A DNA stretch of 64,000 nt, from contig JAWLBL010000003.1 of the NCBI GenBank assembly GCA_041687695.1, forward strand, positions 279,660-343,659, read 5' to 3'. How positions within the stretch are numbered: position 1 is the stretch's first letter; each line of letters begins with the position of its first letter. The stretch is from Myxococcota bacterium. Lineage in GTDB: Bacteria; Myxococcota_A; UBA9042; PHBI01; JAWLBL01. The notes beneath the pieces are model-generated. The model was not told the DNA's origin. It saw only the letters and a program-made list of their open reading frames with translations, and ran no database searches. The position numbers and the translations under genes are program-made. Below are positions 1 to 11,027 of this stretch, piece after piece.

Positions 1-1436
1 TGAAGCCGGCGGCGTGGGTCTTCCTCGCCGTCGTGGTCGTCTACTCCCTCGTGGCCTGGGATCGCCTCGCGAAGCCCTCGCCCCAGTTCCACTTCGTCGA
101 CCTCGCCGTCAGCATGATGCAGGGGCGGCTCGACACCGAGACGCCGCGCCAGCGGCCCAAGCCCGAAAAGCCCGACGATCCGCAGGGCTACCGGGCCGCC
201 ATCCAGCGCACGCTCGACGCGGGCGGCTGGAACGACTGGGCCGCCGTGCGCACGCTGACGCTCGCCGACGGGCAGGTCGTGCGCGGCCGCTTCCCGTGGG
301 CCGGCGACTCGGGCGAGCAGCGGCACATGTTCTATACGACCGACGGGCTGGCGATGAAGATCGTGGTCCCGGACGACCTGAAGAAGGGCTGCGACGGGCG
401 CGCCTGGGCGCCGTGTGACACGACGACGCACTACGTGTCGTTTCCCCCTTTCCCGGCCGTCGTCGTGCTGCCCCTCGCGGCGGTGTGGGGCTACGACGTC
501 AACGACGTCCTCGTGACCATCCTGTTCGGCGCGCTCAACGCCGTGCTGCTCTTCGCCTTCCTCGAGCTGCTCCGGCAGCGCGGCCACTCGACCCGCTCGC
601 CTGCCGACAACCTGTGGCTGACGGCGTTGTTCGCCTTCGGCACCGTCGCCTTCTTCTCCTCGGTGCGCGGCGAGGTCTGGTTCACCGCCCTCGTCTTCGG
701 CGTGACCTTCAACCTGCTGTACATGCTGGCCGCGCTCGACCTCAGACACCCCATCCTGGCCGGCTTGATGCTCGGGTTCGGGTTTGCCACGCGCACCCCC
801 ATCGCCTTCTGCGTCGCCTTCTTCGCCTGGCAGCTCTTCTTCCCGGGCAACCGCTGGGTGGCGGGGCGCTGGCCGGAGATCCTGAAGAAGGGCGCGATGT
901 TCGCCGCCCCCGTGCTGGCGGTCGGGATCGGCCTGATGCTCTTCAACCATGCCCGCTTCGACAGCGTCGGCGAGTTCGGCCACAGCTACCTGTCCGGCGG
1001 CGCCGCCGAGCGCATCCGCGACCATGGCATGTTCAGCACCCACTACCTCAACGGGAACCTGTCGGCGGCGCTGACCAACATGCCGCGCATCCTGCCCAGC
1101 GCGCCCTTCGTCCAGATCTCCAAGCACGGCCTGGGCCTGCTGGTGACCGTCCCGGTCCTGTTCCTGCTGTTCCGTCCGGCCGCGATGCCGCCCATCCGCC
1201 GCGCCTTCTGGCTGGCCGTCGCTTGCGCCGCCATCCCGGGCCTGCTCTACCAGAACAGCGGCTGGGTCCAGTTCAGCTACCGCTTCGCGCTCGACTACTT
1301 CCCCTACCTCATCGGCCTGCTCGCCCTGGGCGCCCGGCCGCTGACCTGGCGCGTCAAGGCCGTGATCCTGGTCGGCATCGCCATCAACCTGTTCGGCGCC
1401 ATCACCTTCAACCGCTTCGACCAGTTCTACTACTGA
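1..1436 (+). CDS. Polytopic membrane protein, probable GT-C-fold glycosyltransferase-like (5' end probably at or just outside the window edge)
   Basis: Frame is open from position 3 (KPAAWVFLAVVVVYS...). Many hydrophobic segments, a large N-terminal extracytoplasmic loop, and motifs YVSFPPFPA, RTPI, FNHARF and QFSYRFALD reminiscent of GT-C enzymes. Confidence 0.55.
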   Translation, partial: KPAAWVFLAVVVVYSLVAWDRLAKPSPQFHFVDLAVSMMQGRLDTETPRQRPKPEKPDDPQGYRAAIQRTLDAGGWNDWAAVRTLTLADGQVVRGRFPWAGDSGEQRHMFYTTDGLAMKIVVPDDLKKGCDGRAWAPCDTTTHYVSFPPFPAVVVLPLAAVWGYDVNDVLVTILFGALNAVLLFAFLELLRQRGHSTRSPADNLWLTALFAFGTVAFFSSVRGEVWFTALVFGVTFNLLYMLAALDLRHPILAGLMLGFGFATRTPIAFCVAFFAWQLFFPGNRWVAGRWPEILKKGAMFAAPVLAVGIGLMLFNHARFDSVGEFGHSYLSGGAAERIRDHGMFSTHYLNGNLSAALTNMPRILPSAPFVQISKHGLGLLVTVPVLFLLFRPAAMPPIRRAFWLAVACAAIPGLLYQNSGWVQFSYRFALDYFPYLIGLLALGARPLTWRVKAVILVGIAINLFGAITFNRFDQFYY

Positions 1437-1546
1437 GCGCCCGCGCGCCCGGCCGGCGAATCGATGATCCTGGTCACGACCCGCTGAATGCGGCGCGCGC
1501 TTCGTGTATAGTGCGCCCCACCTGAGCCACCGCGACGGGGGGGCGC

Positions 1547-3211
1547 ATGAAGCACACACGGTCCAGGGTTGGACGCTGGGGGGCGGCCGCGGCGTTGGTC
1601 TGCGCGTCCGTCTGGACGTCGGCCTGCGGGGGCGGCGCCGCGGCGCCGGCGAGCGACGACGCCAAGGTCACAGACGACGTCTACGCCGAGCTCGTTCCGG
1701 CCGCGCCGGTGCTCACCCGGCTGACGCAGGCGCAGTACCGCAACGCCGTCCGTGATCTCCTCGGGGACGATCTGGCGCTGCCGGCCACCCTCGAGCCCGA
1801 CGCCGCCGCGGACGGGCTGCTGGCCGCCGGCGCCGCCGTGACGACCGTCTCCCCGCGTGGCGCCGAGCTGTACGAGGAGGCCGCGCTGAGCCTGGCTCGC
1901 CAGGCCACCGAGACGCCCGAGCGGCGCGCGCGCGTCCTGCCGTGCGAGCCCACCGCCGAGTCGATGCCCTGCTTCGGCCAGTTCATCGCCGACGTGGGCC
2001 GTCGCGCCTGGCGCCGCCCGCTGACCTCGGACGAGATCGCCGCCTTCGAGCTGCTCGCCGGCGACGCGGCCCAGGCGTTCCCGGACGACCCGGTCGCGCC
2101 CTTCACCTGGGCGCTGGCGGGCCTCATGCAGTCCCCGCACTTCCTCTACCGCGTCGAGGCCGGCGAGCCGGACCCCGAGGCGCCCGGCGCCCGCCGCCTG
2201 AGCGCCTTCGAGCTGGCGACGCGCCTGGCCTTCTTCTTGTGGAACGCCCCGCCGGACGAGGCGCTGCTGGCGGCCGCCGAAGCCGGCGACCTCGACACCG
2301 CCGACGGCCTGGTCGCCCAGGTCGATCGCCTGCTGGCCGCCGACCGCGCGCGCGAGGGCGTCCGCAGCTTCGTCTCGGACTGGCTGCATCTGCACCAGCT
2401 GCCGGAGCTGAAGAAGGACCCCAACGTCTTCAAGCACTTCAGCCCGGATCTCGCCGCCGCCGCGCGCGAGGAGACCCTGCGCGTCGCCGAGCACATCGTC
2501 TTCGAGCGCGAGGGCGACCTGGGCGAGCTGTTCACGACCCGCACGACCTTCATCAACCGGCGCCTCGCCGCCATCTACGACATCCCGGCGCCCGTGCTCG
2601 AGGGCTTCGGCCAGACCGAGCTGCCCGCCGACGGCCCGCGCCGCGGCCTGCTGGGCCACGTCAGCTTCCTGGGGCTGCACTCGCACCCGACGTCGTCGTC
2701 GGCCACGCTGCGCGGCATCTTCCTGCGCGAGACGCTGCTGTGCGACATGGTCCCGGACCCGCCGTCGGACCTGAACACGGCCATCCCCGAGCCCTCGCCC
2801 GACGCGCCGACCCTGCGCGATCGCCTGCAGGTGCACCTCGAGGACCCGATGTGCGCGAGCTGCCACCGCCTGACCGATCCGGTGGGCCTCGGCTTCGAGC
2901 CGTTCGACGGAATGGGGCGCGTGCGCGCGACCGAGAACGGCGTGCCGATCGACCCGACCGGGGACCTCGACGGCGTCGCCTTCGCCGACCCGGCCGAGCT
3001 GGCCGCCGCCGTCGCCGCCAGCCCCAAGCTCACCGCCTGCTTCGTGAAGAAGATGTACACCTACGCCGTCGCGCGCCCGACCGAGCCCGGCGAGCAGGGG
3101 CAGCTGGCGGCGCTCACCGACGCCTTCGAGGCCGACGGGCGGCGCGTGCTGGGGCTGATGCGGGCCGTGGCGATCAGCGAAGGCTTCCGCCGCGTCGGGG
3201 AGGTGCAGTGA
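1547..3211 (+). CDS. DUF1587/DUF1595/DUF1592/DUF1588/DUF1585 multidomain lipoprotein with a c-type heme motif
   Basis: Lipobox WTSAC, RLTQAQYRNAVRDLLG, RRAWRRP, LQSPHFLYRVE-like segment, ELATRLAFFLW, SSATLRG and CASCH (CxxCH). Confidence 0.85.
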   Translation: MKHTRSRVGRWGAAAALVCASVWTSACGGGAAAPASDDAKVTDDVYAELVPAAPVLTRLTQAQYRNAVRDLLGDDLALPATLEPDAAADGLLAAGAAVTTVSPRGAELYEEAALSLARQATETPERRARVLPCEPTAESMPCFGQFIADVGRRAWRRPLTSDEIAAFELLAGDAAQAFPDDPVAPFTWALAGLMQSPHFLYRVEAGEPDPEAPGARRLSAFELATRLAFFLWNAPPDEALLAAAEAGDLDTADGLVAQVDRLLAADRAREGVRSFVSDWLHLHQLPELKKDPNVFKHFSPDLAAAAREETLRVAEHIVFEREGDLGELFTTRTTFINRRLAAIYDIPAPVLEGFGQTELPADGPRRGLLGHVSFLGLHSHPTSSSATLRGIFLRETLLCDMVPDPPSDLNTAIPEPSPDAPTLRDRLQVHLEDPMCASCHRLTDPVGLGFEPFDGMGRVRATENGVPIDPTGDLDGVAFADPAELAAAVAASPKLTACFVKKMYTYAVARPTEPGEQGQLAALTDAFEADGRRVLGLMRAVAISEGFRRVGEVQ

Positions 3212-4551
3212 TGGGACGCGGTACGCGCTTGACCCGCCGGACCCTGCTCAAGGGCCTGCTCGGCGGCTCGGTGGTGACGCTGGGGCTGCCGGCGCTCGAG
3301 CTCTTCTTCGACCCGACGCGGACCGCCCGCGCGCAGGGCGGGGGTGGCGACTCGGGCTTCCCGCGGCGCTTCGGCCTGTTCTTCTGGGGCAACGGCATCC
3401 TCCCCGAGCGCTGGGTGCCGACCGGCGAGGGCGACGCCTGGGCCCTGTCCGAGCAGCTGGCGCCGCTGGCCGGCCTCGAGGACGTCCTCACCATCGTCAG
3501 CGGCACCAAGCTGGGCGTCCCCAACACGTCGCCGCACTTCGCCGGCGCCGCGGGCATCCTCAGCGGCGCCCCGGTCGGGGACGCCTACGGCGAGAACACC
3601 TTCATCCTGCCCAGCATCGACCAGGTCGTCGCGGCCAAGCTGGGCGAGCTGACGCGGTTCCGCTCGCTCGAGTTCGGCGCCAACCCCGGCCCGGGCCTGA
3701 GCTTCAACGGCCCGAGCAGCCGCAACCCGCCCGAGAAGTCCCCGTTCGCGCTGTTCGAGCGCGTCTTCGGCGCCGGCTTCACCCTGCCGGGCGAGGAGCC
3801 CATCGTCGACCCCAGCCTGGGCCTTCGGCGCAGCATTCTGGACGCCGTCATGGGCGACATCGCCGGCCTGCAGCAGCGCGTGGGCGCCGCCGACCGCGAG
3901 CGCTTGGAGCAGCACTTCGAGGGCATCCGCGGGCTGGAGAAGCGCCTGGCCAAGCTCGAAGAGGACCCGCCGAACCTGGCCGCCTGCGCCCTGCCCACCG
4001 AGCCGCTCGCGGACTATCCCGACGTCGAGGGGCGGCCCAAGCTGCAGGAGAAGAACGCCGCCTTCGCCGAGATCGCCGCCTTTGCCCTGGCCTGTGACCA
4101 GACCCGCGTCTTCAGCAACTGGTTCACCTATCCGGTCAACAACACGCTGTTCGCGGGCGCGCCGTCGGGGCACCACCAGCTGACCCACGACGAGCCCGAC
4201 CCGCAGCCCGAGGTGCACAAGATCGTGCTGCAGTGCATCGAGGCGCTGGCGACGCAGATTAGAGCGCTGCGCGCGGTGCCCGAGGGCGACGGGACGCTGC
4301 TGGACCACATGGTCCTGCTGGGCACCAGCGACGTGTCGCTGGGCAAGACGCACTCGCTCGAGGAGTTCCCGCTGGTGCTGGCCGGCGGGTGCAGCGGGCG
4401 CCTGGTGACCGGCCATCACTACCGCTCGCCGTCCAGCGAGAACGCCAGCAAGGTCTTGCTGAGCGTCATCCGGGCGGTGGGCCTCGACGCCGCGTCCTAC
4501 GGGGATCAAGGCGGGCAGGCGACCGAGGGCCTGTCGGCCATCGAGGTGTAG
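3211..4551 (+). CDS. DUF1552 family protein with Tat signal
   Basis: ATG at 3211 overlaps the upstream TGA. TRRTLLKG twin-arginine signal, LGLPALE, SIDQVVA, ALACDQTRV, GHHQLTH and GTLLDH. Typical partner of DUF1592 proteins. Confidence 0.85.
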   Translation: MGRGTRLTRRTLLKGLLGGSVVTLGLPALELFFDPTRTARAQGGGGDSGFPRRFGLFFWGNGILPERWVPTGEGDAWALSEQLAPLAGLEDVLTIVSGTKLGVPNTSPHFAGAAGILSGAPVGDAYGENTFILPSIDQVVAAKLGELTRFRSLEFGANPGPGLSFNGPSSRNPPEKSPFALFERVFGAGFTLPGEEPIVDPSLGLRRSILDAVMGDIAGLQQRVGAADRERLEQHFEGIRGLEKRLAKLEEDPPNLAACALPTEPLADYPDVEGRPKLQEKNAAFAEIAAFALACDQTRVFSNWFTYPVNNTLFAGAPSGHHQLTHDEPDPQPEVHKIVLQCIEALATQIRALRAVPEGDGTLLDHMVLLGTSDVSLGKTHSLEEFPLVLAGGCSGRLVTGHHYRSPSSENASKVLLSVIRAVGLDAASYGDQGGQATEGLSAIEV

Positions 4552-4552
4552 C

Positions 4553-5488
4553 ATGCGAATCGCGAGCAAGACCCGAGCAGCGCTCGTCCTGGGCAGCGCG
4601 TTGGCGCTGGCGGCCTGCGAATCCGAGCCGACCGACGCCGTCACCGACGCCGGCCAGGACGTCGCCGCCGACCAGGACGAGGTCGCCGAGGCGGACATCG
4701 AGCCGGGGCCGCCGGCGCCGCGGGTGTTCGTCATCGACACCATGGGCTTCGCCACCGAGACCGAGCCGGGCGTGGCCAAGGGGTTCAACCTGGACGGCCA
4801 GGTCAGCGACGGGTCGGACCCGGAGACCTGCGGACACGGCGACTTCACGTCGCCCGAGGGCGAGCCCGGCGTCGACAACACGCTGGCGACCCTGGTGCCG
4901 CTGTTCGAGCTGACCGGCCTGGGCGCCGCCGAGGGCCTCATCCAGAGCACCATCGACGAGGGCGGCATCCTGCTGATGTGGCAGGTCGACGGCGTCGACG
5001 ACCCGGTGAACGACGACGCGGTCAGCGTGATGGTGCGGGCGGGCGAGGGCGTGCCGCTGCTGGGCACCGACGGCCTGCTGCTGGCCGGCCAGACCTTCGG
5101 GCTGCACCCCGACTCGCCGGACAGCCGCTCGGACGACGCGAGCATCGAGGACGGCGTGCTGTTCGCCGGCCCGTTCACGTTGCGGCTGCCGCTGGTCGTC
5201 TTCGGCGTCAGGTACGAGCTGACCTTCCACGACGCCTACCTGCGGGCGCGCTGGACCGAGGACGGGCGCCTGGTCGACGGCGTCCTGGGCGGGGCCGTGC
5301 CTTACGGCGACCTCATCAAGGTCGGCGAGCTGGCGGCGCAGGACGACGCGTCGGTGTTGCCGGCCATCGAGCTGGTCTTCGGCGGCGCGATGGACATGGC
5401 CCCGGACGACGAGGGCGTCTGCACGCGCCTGTCCGGGGCCTTCCAGTTCACGGCGGTGTCGGCGTTCCTGCTGGGGCAGCCCGAGTAG
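4553..5488 (+). CDS. Hypothetical lipoprotein
   Basis: Lipobox LALAAC, acidic linker, GFNLDG...CG..DF..P.G..GVDN motif; 1 nt after the DUF1552 stop. Confidence 0.75.
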   Translation: MRIASKTRAALVLGSALALAACESEPTDAVTDAGQDVAADQDEVAEADIEPGPPAPRVFVIDTMGFATETEPGVAKGFNLDGQVSDGSDPETCGHGDFTSPEGEPGVDNTLATLVPLFELTGLGAAEGLIQSTIDEGGILLMWQVDGVDDPVNDDAVSVMVRAGEGVPLLGTDGLLLAGQTFGLHPDSPDSRSDDASIEDGVLFAGPFTLRLPLVVFGVRYELTFHDAYLRARWTEDGRLVDGVLGGAVPYGDLIKVGELAAQDDASVLPAIELVFGGAMDMAPDDEGVCTRLSGAFQFTAVSAFLLGQPE

Positions 5489-5510
5489 CGGCCCCTGCGC
5501 TGGGCGGCCG

Positions 5511-6968
5511 TCAGCCCAGCGCGGCGATGGCGGCGCGGATGCGGGCCTGCACGCGCGCCTTGCCCAGGGTCTCCATCGTCTCGAACAGCGGCGGGGTGGC
5601 CGTGCGGCCGGTCACCGCGACGCGCACCGGCATGAAGAGATCGCGCACGTGCCAGCCCAGGGCCTCGCACTGCTGGCGCAGGGCCGCCTCGATGGCGTCC
5701 TTGGTCCAGGCGCGCAGGCCGTCGATGGTCTCGGCCGTGGCCTTCAGCGCCTTTTGCACCTCGGCCTTGTCCTTCTTCTTCTTGGGCAGCAGGGCCTCGG
5801 GGTCGAGCTGGAAGTCGTCGCCGAAGAAGAAGGCCGTCATCGGCACGAACTCGTCGAGCCTGCTGATGCGCTCTTTGACCAGCGGCGCCAGCTGCAAGAG
5901 ATACTCACGGTTGAGCAGCCAGCCTTGCAGACGGTCGACCAGCTGATCGTCGGTCAGCTCGCGCAGGTACAGGCCGTTGAGCCAGAACAGCTTGTCGAGG
6001 CCGAAGACCGGGCCGGCCAGGCTGATGCGGTCGAAGGTGAAGCTCTCGATCATCTCGTCGAGGGTGAACTTCTCGGCCTCGTTGGGCATCGACCAGCCCA
6101 TGCGGCCCAGGAAGTTCAGCATCGCCTCGGGCAGGACGCCCGCGCGCTGGTAGAACTCGAGGCTGACGGGGTTCTTGCGCTTGCTGATCTTGCTCTTGTC
6201 CTCGTTGCGCAGCAGCGGCATGTGCACGAAGACCGGCGGCTCCCAGCCGAAGGCCTGGTAGAGCAGCACGTGCTTGGGCGTCGACGGGATCCACTCCTCG
6301 GCCCGGATGACGTGCGTGATGTCCATCAGCTTGTCGTCGACGACGTTCGCCAGGTGATAGGTCGGGAACCCGTCGGACTTCAGCAGGATCTGGTCGTCCA
6401 GCTCGGCGTTGTCGATGGTGATCTCGCCGCGCAGCCCGTCGACGATGGTGGTCTTGCCCTCGGTCGGCATCTTCAGGCGCACCACGAAGGGCTGCCCCTC
6501 GGCCAGGCGCCGCTCGACCTCGTCCGGGCTGCAGTCGCGGAAGCGCCGGTCGTAGCCCAGCCGCTCGCCCTTGGCCTTCTGCTGCTCGCGCATCTGCTCG
6601 AGCTCCTCGGCCGTCGCGAAGCAGCGGTAGGCGTGGCCCGAGTCGATGAGCCGCTGCGCGTGCTCGCGGTACAGCTCGGTGCGCTCGCTCTGCCGATAGG
6701 GCGCGCACGGGCCGCCCACGTCCGGGCCCTCGTCCCAGGTCAGCCCCGCCCAGCGCAGGCTGCGGTAGATGGCCTCCTCGCTCTCGCGCGTCGAGCGGGT
6801 CTGGTCGGTGTCCTCGATGCGCAGGATGAACTGCCCGCCGTGCTTTTTGGCGAACACCATGTTGAACAGGCCGATGTAGGCGGTCCCGACGTGCGGGTCG
6901 CCGGTCGGGCTGGGGGCGATGCGGACGCGGACGGGGCGGTCGGTCGGGACGGGGATCTCGGCGGGCAT
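5511..6968 (-). CDS. gltX: Glutamate--tRNA ligase
   Basis: [14 protein letters not shown] (HIGH-like), [25 protein letters not shown] and KISKR (KMSKS-like). Confidence 0.95.
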   Translation of the reverse strand: MPAEIPVPTDRPVRVRIAPSPTGDPHVGTAYIGLFNMVFAKKHGGQFILRIEDTDQTRSTRESEEAIYRSLRWAGLTWDEGPDVGGPCAPYRQSERTELYREHAQRLIDSGHAYRCFATAEELEQMREQQKAKGERLGYDRRFRDCSPDEVERRLAEGQPFVVRLKMPTEGKTTIVDGLRGEITIDNAELDDQILLKSDGFPTYHLANVVDDKLMDITHVIRAEEWIPSTPKHVLLYQAFGWEPPVFVHMPLLRNEDKSKISKRKNPVSLEFYQRAGVLPEAMLNFLGRMGWSMPNEAEKFTLDEMIESFTFDRISLAGPVFGLDKLFWLNGLYLRELTDDQLVDRLQGWLLNREYLLQLAPLVKERISRLDEFVPMTAFFFGDDFQLDPEALLPKKKKDKAEVQKALKATAETIDGLRAWTKDAIEAALRQQCEALGWHVRDLFMPVRVAVTGRTATPPLFETMETLGKARVQARIRAAIAALG

Positions 6969-7025
6969 GGTCGGGACCTATCGCGAGCGGGTCGGGGGTG
7001 GGGAAGGCGGGATGGCCGGGCGGCG

Positions 7026-7697
7026 TCAGGGCGTCGTCTGGGTCTCGAGGGCGGCGATGAGCGCGCCGCGGCGGCTGCAGCGGCAAGCTTCCGCGCGCAG
7101 GATGGCGCGAAAGTCGGCGACGGCCGCCTCGACCTCGTCGTTGATGATGACGTACTCGAAGAGGCGGCAGCGGCCGACCTCGTCGCGGGCGTTGGCCAGG
7201 CGCACGCGCACCTGCTCTTCGTCCTCGGTGCCGCGGCCGCGGAGGCGCCGCTCGAGCTCGTCGAGCGACGGCGGCAGCATGAAGACGGACACGGCCTCGG
7301 GGTAGGCGCGCAGCAGGTTCTCGGCGCCCTGCACGTCGACGTCGAACAGCACGTGGCGCCCGGCGGCGGTCAGGCGCTCGATCTCGGCGTGGCTGGTGCC
7401 GTAGCGGCGCGTGTGGACCCACGCCCACTCGGCGAAGGCGCCCTCGTCGACCATCTGCTGAAAGCGCGCGTCGTCCACGAACCAGTAGTCGACGCCGTCC
7501 TGCTCGTGCGGGCGCGGCGGGCGCGTCGTGTGGCTGACGCTGAAGGCCAGGCGCGGCTCGACCTCGAGCAGCCGCTTGGTCACGGTCGACTTGCCGGTGC
7601 CGCTGGGCGCGGTCAGGACGATCAGCAGGCCGCGAGCCTGCGGCGCCGGCCCGGTCGCGGGCGCGGCGTCGTCAGGCGATGTTCTGGACCTGCTCAC
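7026..7697 (-). CDS. gmk: Guanylate kinase
   Basis: APSGTGKST P-loop, SVSHTTRPPRPHEQDGVDY and ELERRLRGRGTE. Confidence 0.95.
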   Translation of the reverse strand: MSRSRTSPDDAAPATGPAPQARGLLIVLTAPSGTGKSTVTKRLLEVEPRLAFSVSHTTRPPRPHEQDGVDYWFVDDARFQQMVDEGAFAEWAWVHTRRYGTSHAEIERLTAAGRHVLFDVDVQGAENLLRAYPEAVSVFMLPPSLDELERRLRGRGTEDEEQVRVRLANARDEVGRCRLFEYVIINDEVEAAVADFRAILRAEACRCSRRGALIAALETQTTP

Positions 7698-8564
7698 GGA
7701 CCTTCTCCAGCTCGACCTTGGCGTCCACCACGCTCGAGGCCATGCCCGCGTCGCGGCACTTGGACCCGACCGTGTTGAACTCGCGCAGCAGCTCCTGGCT
7801 GAGGAAGTCCAGCCGCTTGCCCCGCTCGATGTCCTCGCCCTCGGTGCCCTCGATGAGGGCCTGGAAGCGGTCGAGGTGCGCCCGCGCGCGGACGATCTCC
7901 TCGGTCACGTCCGATCGGTCCGCGAAGGCCACCAGCTCGGTCGCGAGCCGCCCCGGGTCCAGCTCGAGCCCGGTCGCCTTCTGCGCGTCGGCCAGGCGCT
8001 GCTGCAGGCGCGCCTCGTAGGCGGCGTAGACCTTGGGCGCCGCCTCCTCGATGCTGGCCAGAAAGCCCCGCAGCGCCTGCAGACGCGCCAGCATGTCCGC
8101 CGCCAGGTGCCGCCCCTCGTCCAGGCGCATCCCGACCAGCTGGTCCAGCGCCTGCGCCAGCCCCTGCCGCAGCCCCTCGCTCAGCGCCTCGGGCGCGACC
8201 TGGTGCTCGGTCACCTGGATGAAGTCGCCGTGGCGCAGGACCAGCTCGAGCCCCGGGTCCGGCGCCTCGACCGCCCGCGCCAGCGCCTGCAGCGAGTCCA
8301 TCAGCTGCCGCGCCCCCTCGACGTCGACCGTCACCTCGCGCCGCCGCGCGCCCTCCGCCTCGCGGCTCACGTAGACGTCGATGGACCCGCGGCCCAGCCG
8401 CTCGCCGATGAGGCGCGTCGCCTCGGACTCGGCGTGCGCCAGCTCGCTCGGCGCCTTGAAGCGCACGTGCAGCCCGCGGTGGTTCACGCTGCGGACCTCG
8501 ACCCGGAAGGTCTGGTCCTCGGCGACGAAGGTGCCGGCGCCGTAGCCGGTCATGCTCATCAAGC

Positions 8565-8568
<4 letters not shown>
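7672..8568 (-). CDS. yicC: YicC/YloC family endoribonuclease
   Basis: SMTGYG, EVRSVNHR and GKRLDFLSQELLREFNTVGSK...EKVREQVQNI. Start overlaps the upstream stop (ATGA). Confidence 0.92.
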
Positions 8569-9499
<931 letters not shown>

Positions 9500-9503
<4 letters not shown>

Positions 9504-10900
9504 GCCCGGCCCCCTTCAGTCTCGGCGGCGACCTGGCCGGCCCAGCCCTCGAGGAGGCCCAGGTCGTCCATCAGGTCGAAGGCGACGTAGCGGTTGCGGA
9601 TGTGGCGGCAGACGATGAGCGTGTGCTCGAGGCGGCCGCGGTCCACGCCGATTTGACTGGCGCGCGTCGGGCAGCCGGCCTCTTCCAGGGCCTGCGTGAT
9701 GCGCTGCGAGGGCATCAGCACCTGTCGCAGCCGCCCGGTGATCTCGCCCCAGCGCGCCTTGACGTCGCTCAGCTCGGCCTCGAGCTCGGCGCCGTGCTTC
9801 TGCTTGCCGCGCAGCTGCTGCTTGATCTCCTCGCGTACCGGCGGGGTCATGCCGGGGTGCAGCACGTCCAGCGCCTCGATCCAGGCCGGCGTCGCGCGGC
9901 GGGCGGCCAGTCCCGAAGGGTCGATGGCCTCGGCGGGCAGGGCGACCAGCCGCTCGAACAGCAGCGCCGACAGGCGGGTCGCGATGCCGACCTGGGTGCC
10001 GTGTAGGGCCAACAGGTGCCCGCCCTGGCAGTGCTGCTCCATGTCCCAGTAGTGGCTGACCAGGTGCTCGCTGCCCGAGGCGGGCGCCGAGCTGCCGGCC
10101 ATGGCCATCGAGAAGCCGGAGAGCAGGATGCACTCCATCAAGATGGTCAGGCCCTCGGGCTGGCCCTCGCCGATGGCGTGGGCCGAGGCGAGCAGGCGCG
10201 GGAAGGCGGCGTCGAGCAGCTCGGCCGGCTCGTTCAGGTAGGGAACGTCGCGGACGAGCGAGCTGAGGACCCAGTCGGCGTTGCTGTAGGGCTTGCTGAG
10301 CAGATCGCCGAAGCCGGCCAGGGTCAGGTGCGTCGGCGCGGTGCGGTAGACGTCGACGTCGGCGAAGACGGCCTCGGGCTGCTGGGCGGACAGGGTGCGC
10401 TTGACGCCGCGCGACAGGACCGCCGCGATGTTCGACGTGTAGCCGTTCATGCTGGCGGCGGTCGGGACCACCTGATAGGGGCGGCCGACCTGGGTGCTGG
10501 CCGACTTCACGATGTCGTTGACCGTCCCGGCGCCGACGGCGATGGGGTTCAAGCGATCGCTGGCGGTCAGCAGCGTGCGGACGGCCTCGATGACGCCGTC
10601 CTCGCAGACCAGCTCGTCGTGGCCGTGCTGCGGCTCGAGGACGAGGCGGCGCGGGGCGCGGCCGGCGGCGCGCAGGGCGGCCTCGACGGTCTGGCCGGCG
10701 GCGGCGAAGGTGGGGCCGTCGCAGACGACGAGATCGGTCGCGCCGGCGTGGTGCTCGGTGACCCACTGGCCGAGGTCGCCGAGGATGCCGGTCCCGAGCG
10801 ACAGGTGGCGGGTGCGGCCCGGGGTGCCGGCGCGGCGGCCGGCCTCGGCGAGCTGGTGGAGCCGTTGGACGGTCGAGGTGGTCGAGTTCGGTGTGGTCAT
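9500..10900 (-). CDS. sn-glycerol-1-phosphate dehydrogenase-like protein (AraM/EgsA family)
   Basis: GAGTVNDIVK, VPTAASMNGYTS, GFGDLLSK, PASGSEHLVSH and LHGTQVG. Start placed at MTTPNS (10900). Confidence 0.8.
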
Positions 10901-10991
10901 ATCGGGGGCGCACCCTAGCGCGAGGTGGGGTTCGGGTCGAGGGTTATGCAGGGCCCGAGCCGGGTCCTTGCGGCCGGTGAGCAGCGGGCGA

Positions 10992-11020
10992 TTGCTTGAG
11001 GTCACGACCGTACGTAGAGT
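10992..11020 (+). promoter_or_regulatory. Putative sigma70 promoter of rel (TTGCTT-N17-TAGAGT), possibly giving a leaderless mRNA
   Basis: -35 at 10992-10997, -10 at 11015-11020, ATG at 11028, no SD sequence. Confidence 0.45.
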
Positions 11021-11027
11021 CATGGCC

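Noticed and set aside
1942..3210. Apparent long N-terminal extensions in the ORF track (DUF1552, yicC, rel, glyS, pstA, pstB, antiporter, lipoproteins)
   Set aside because: They overlap upstream genes out of frame. Real starts are marked by stop/start overlaps, SD sequences or signal peptides.
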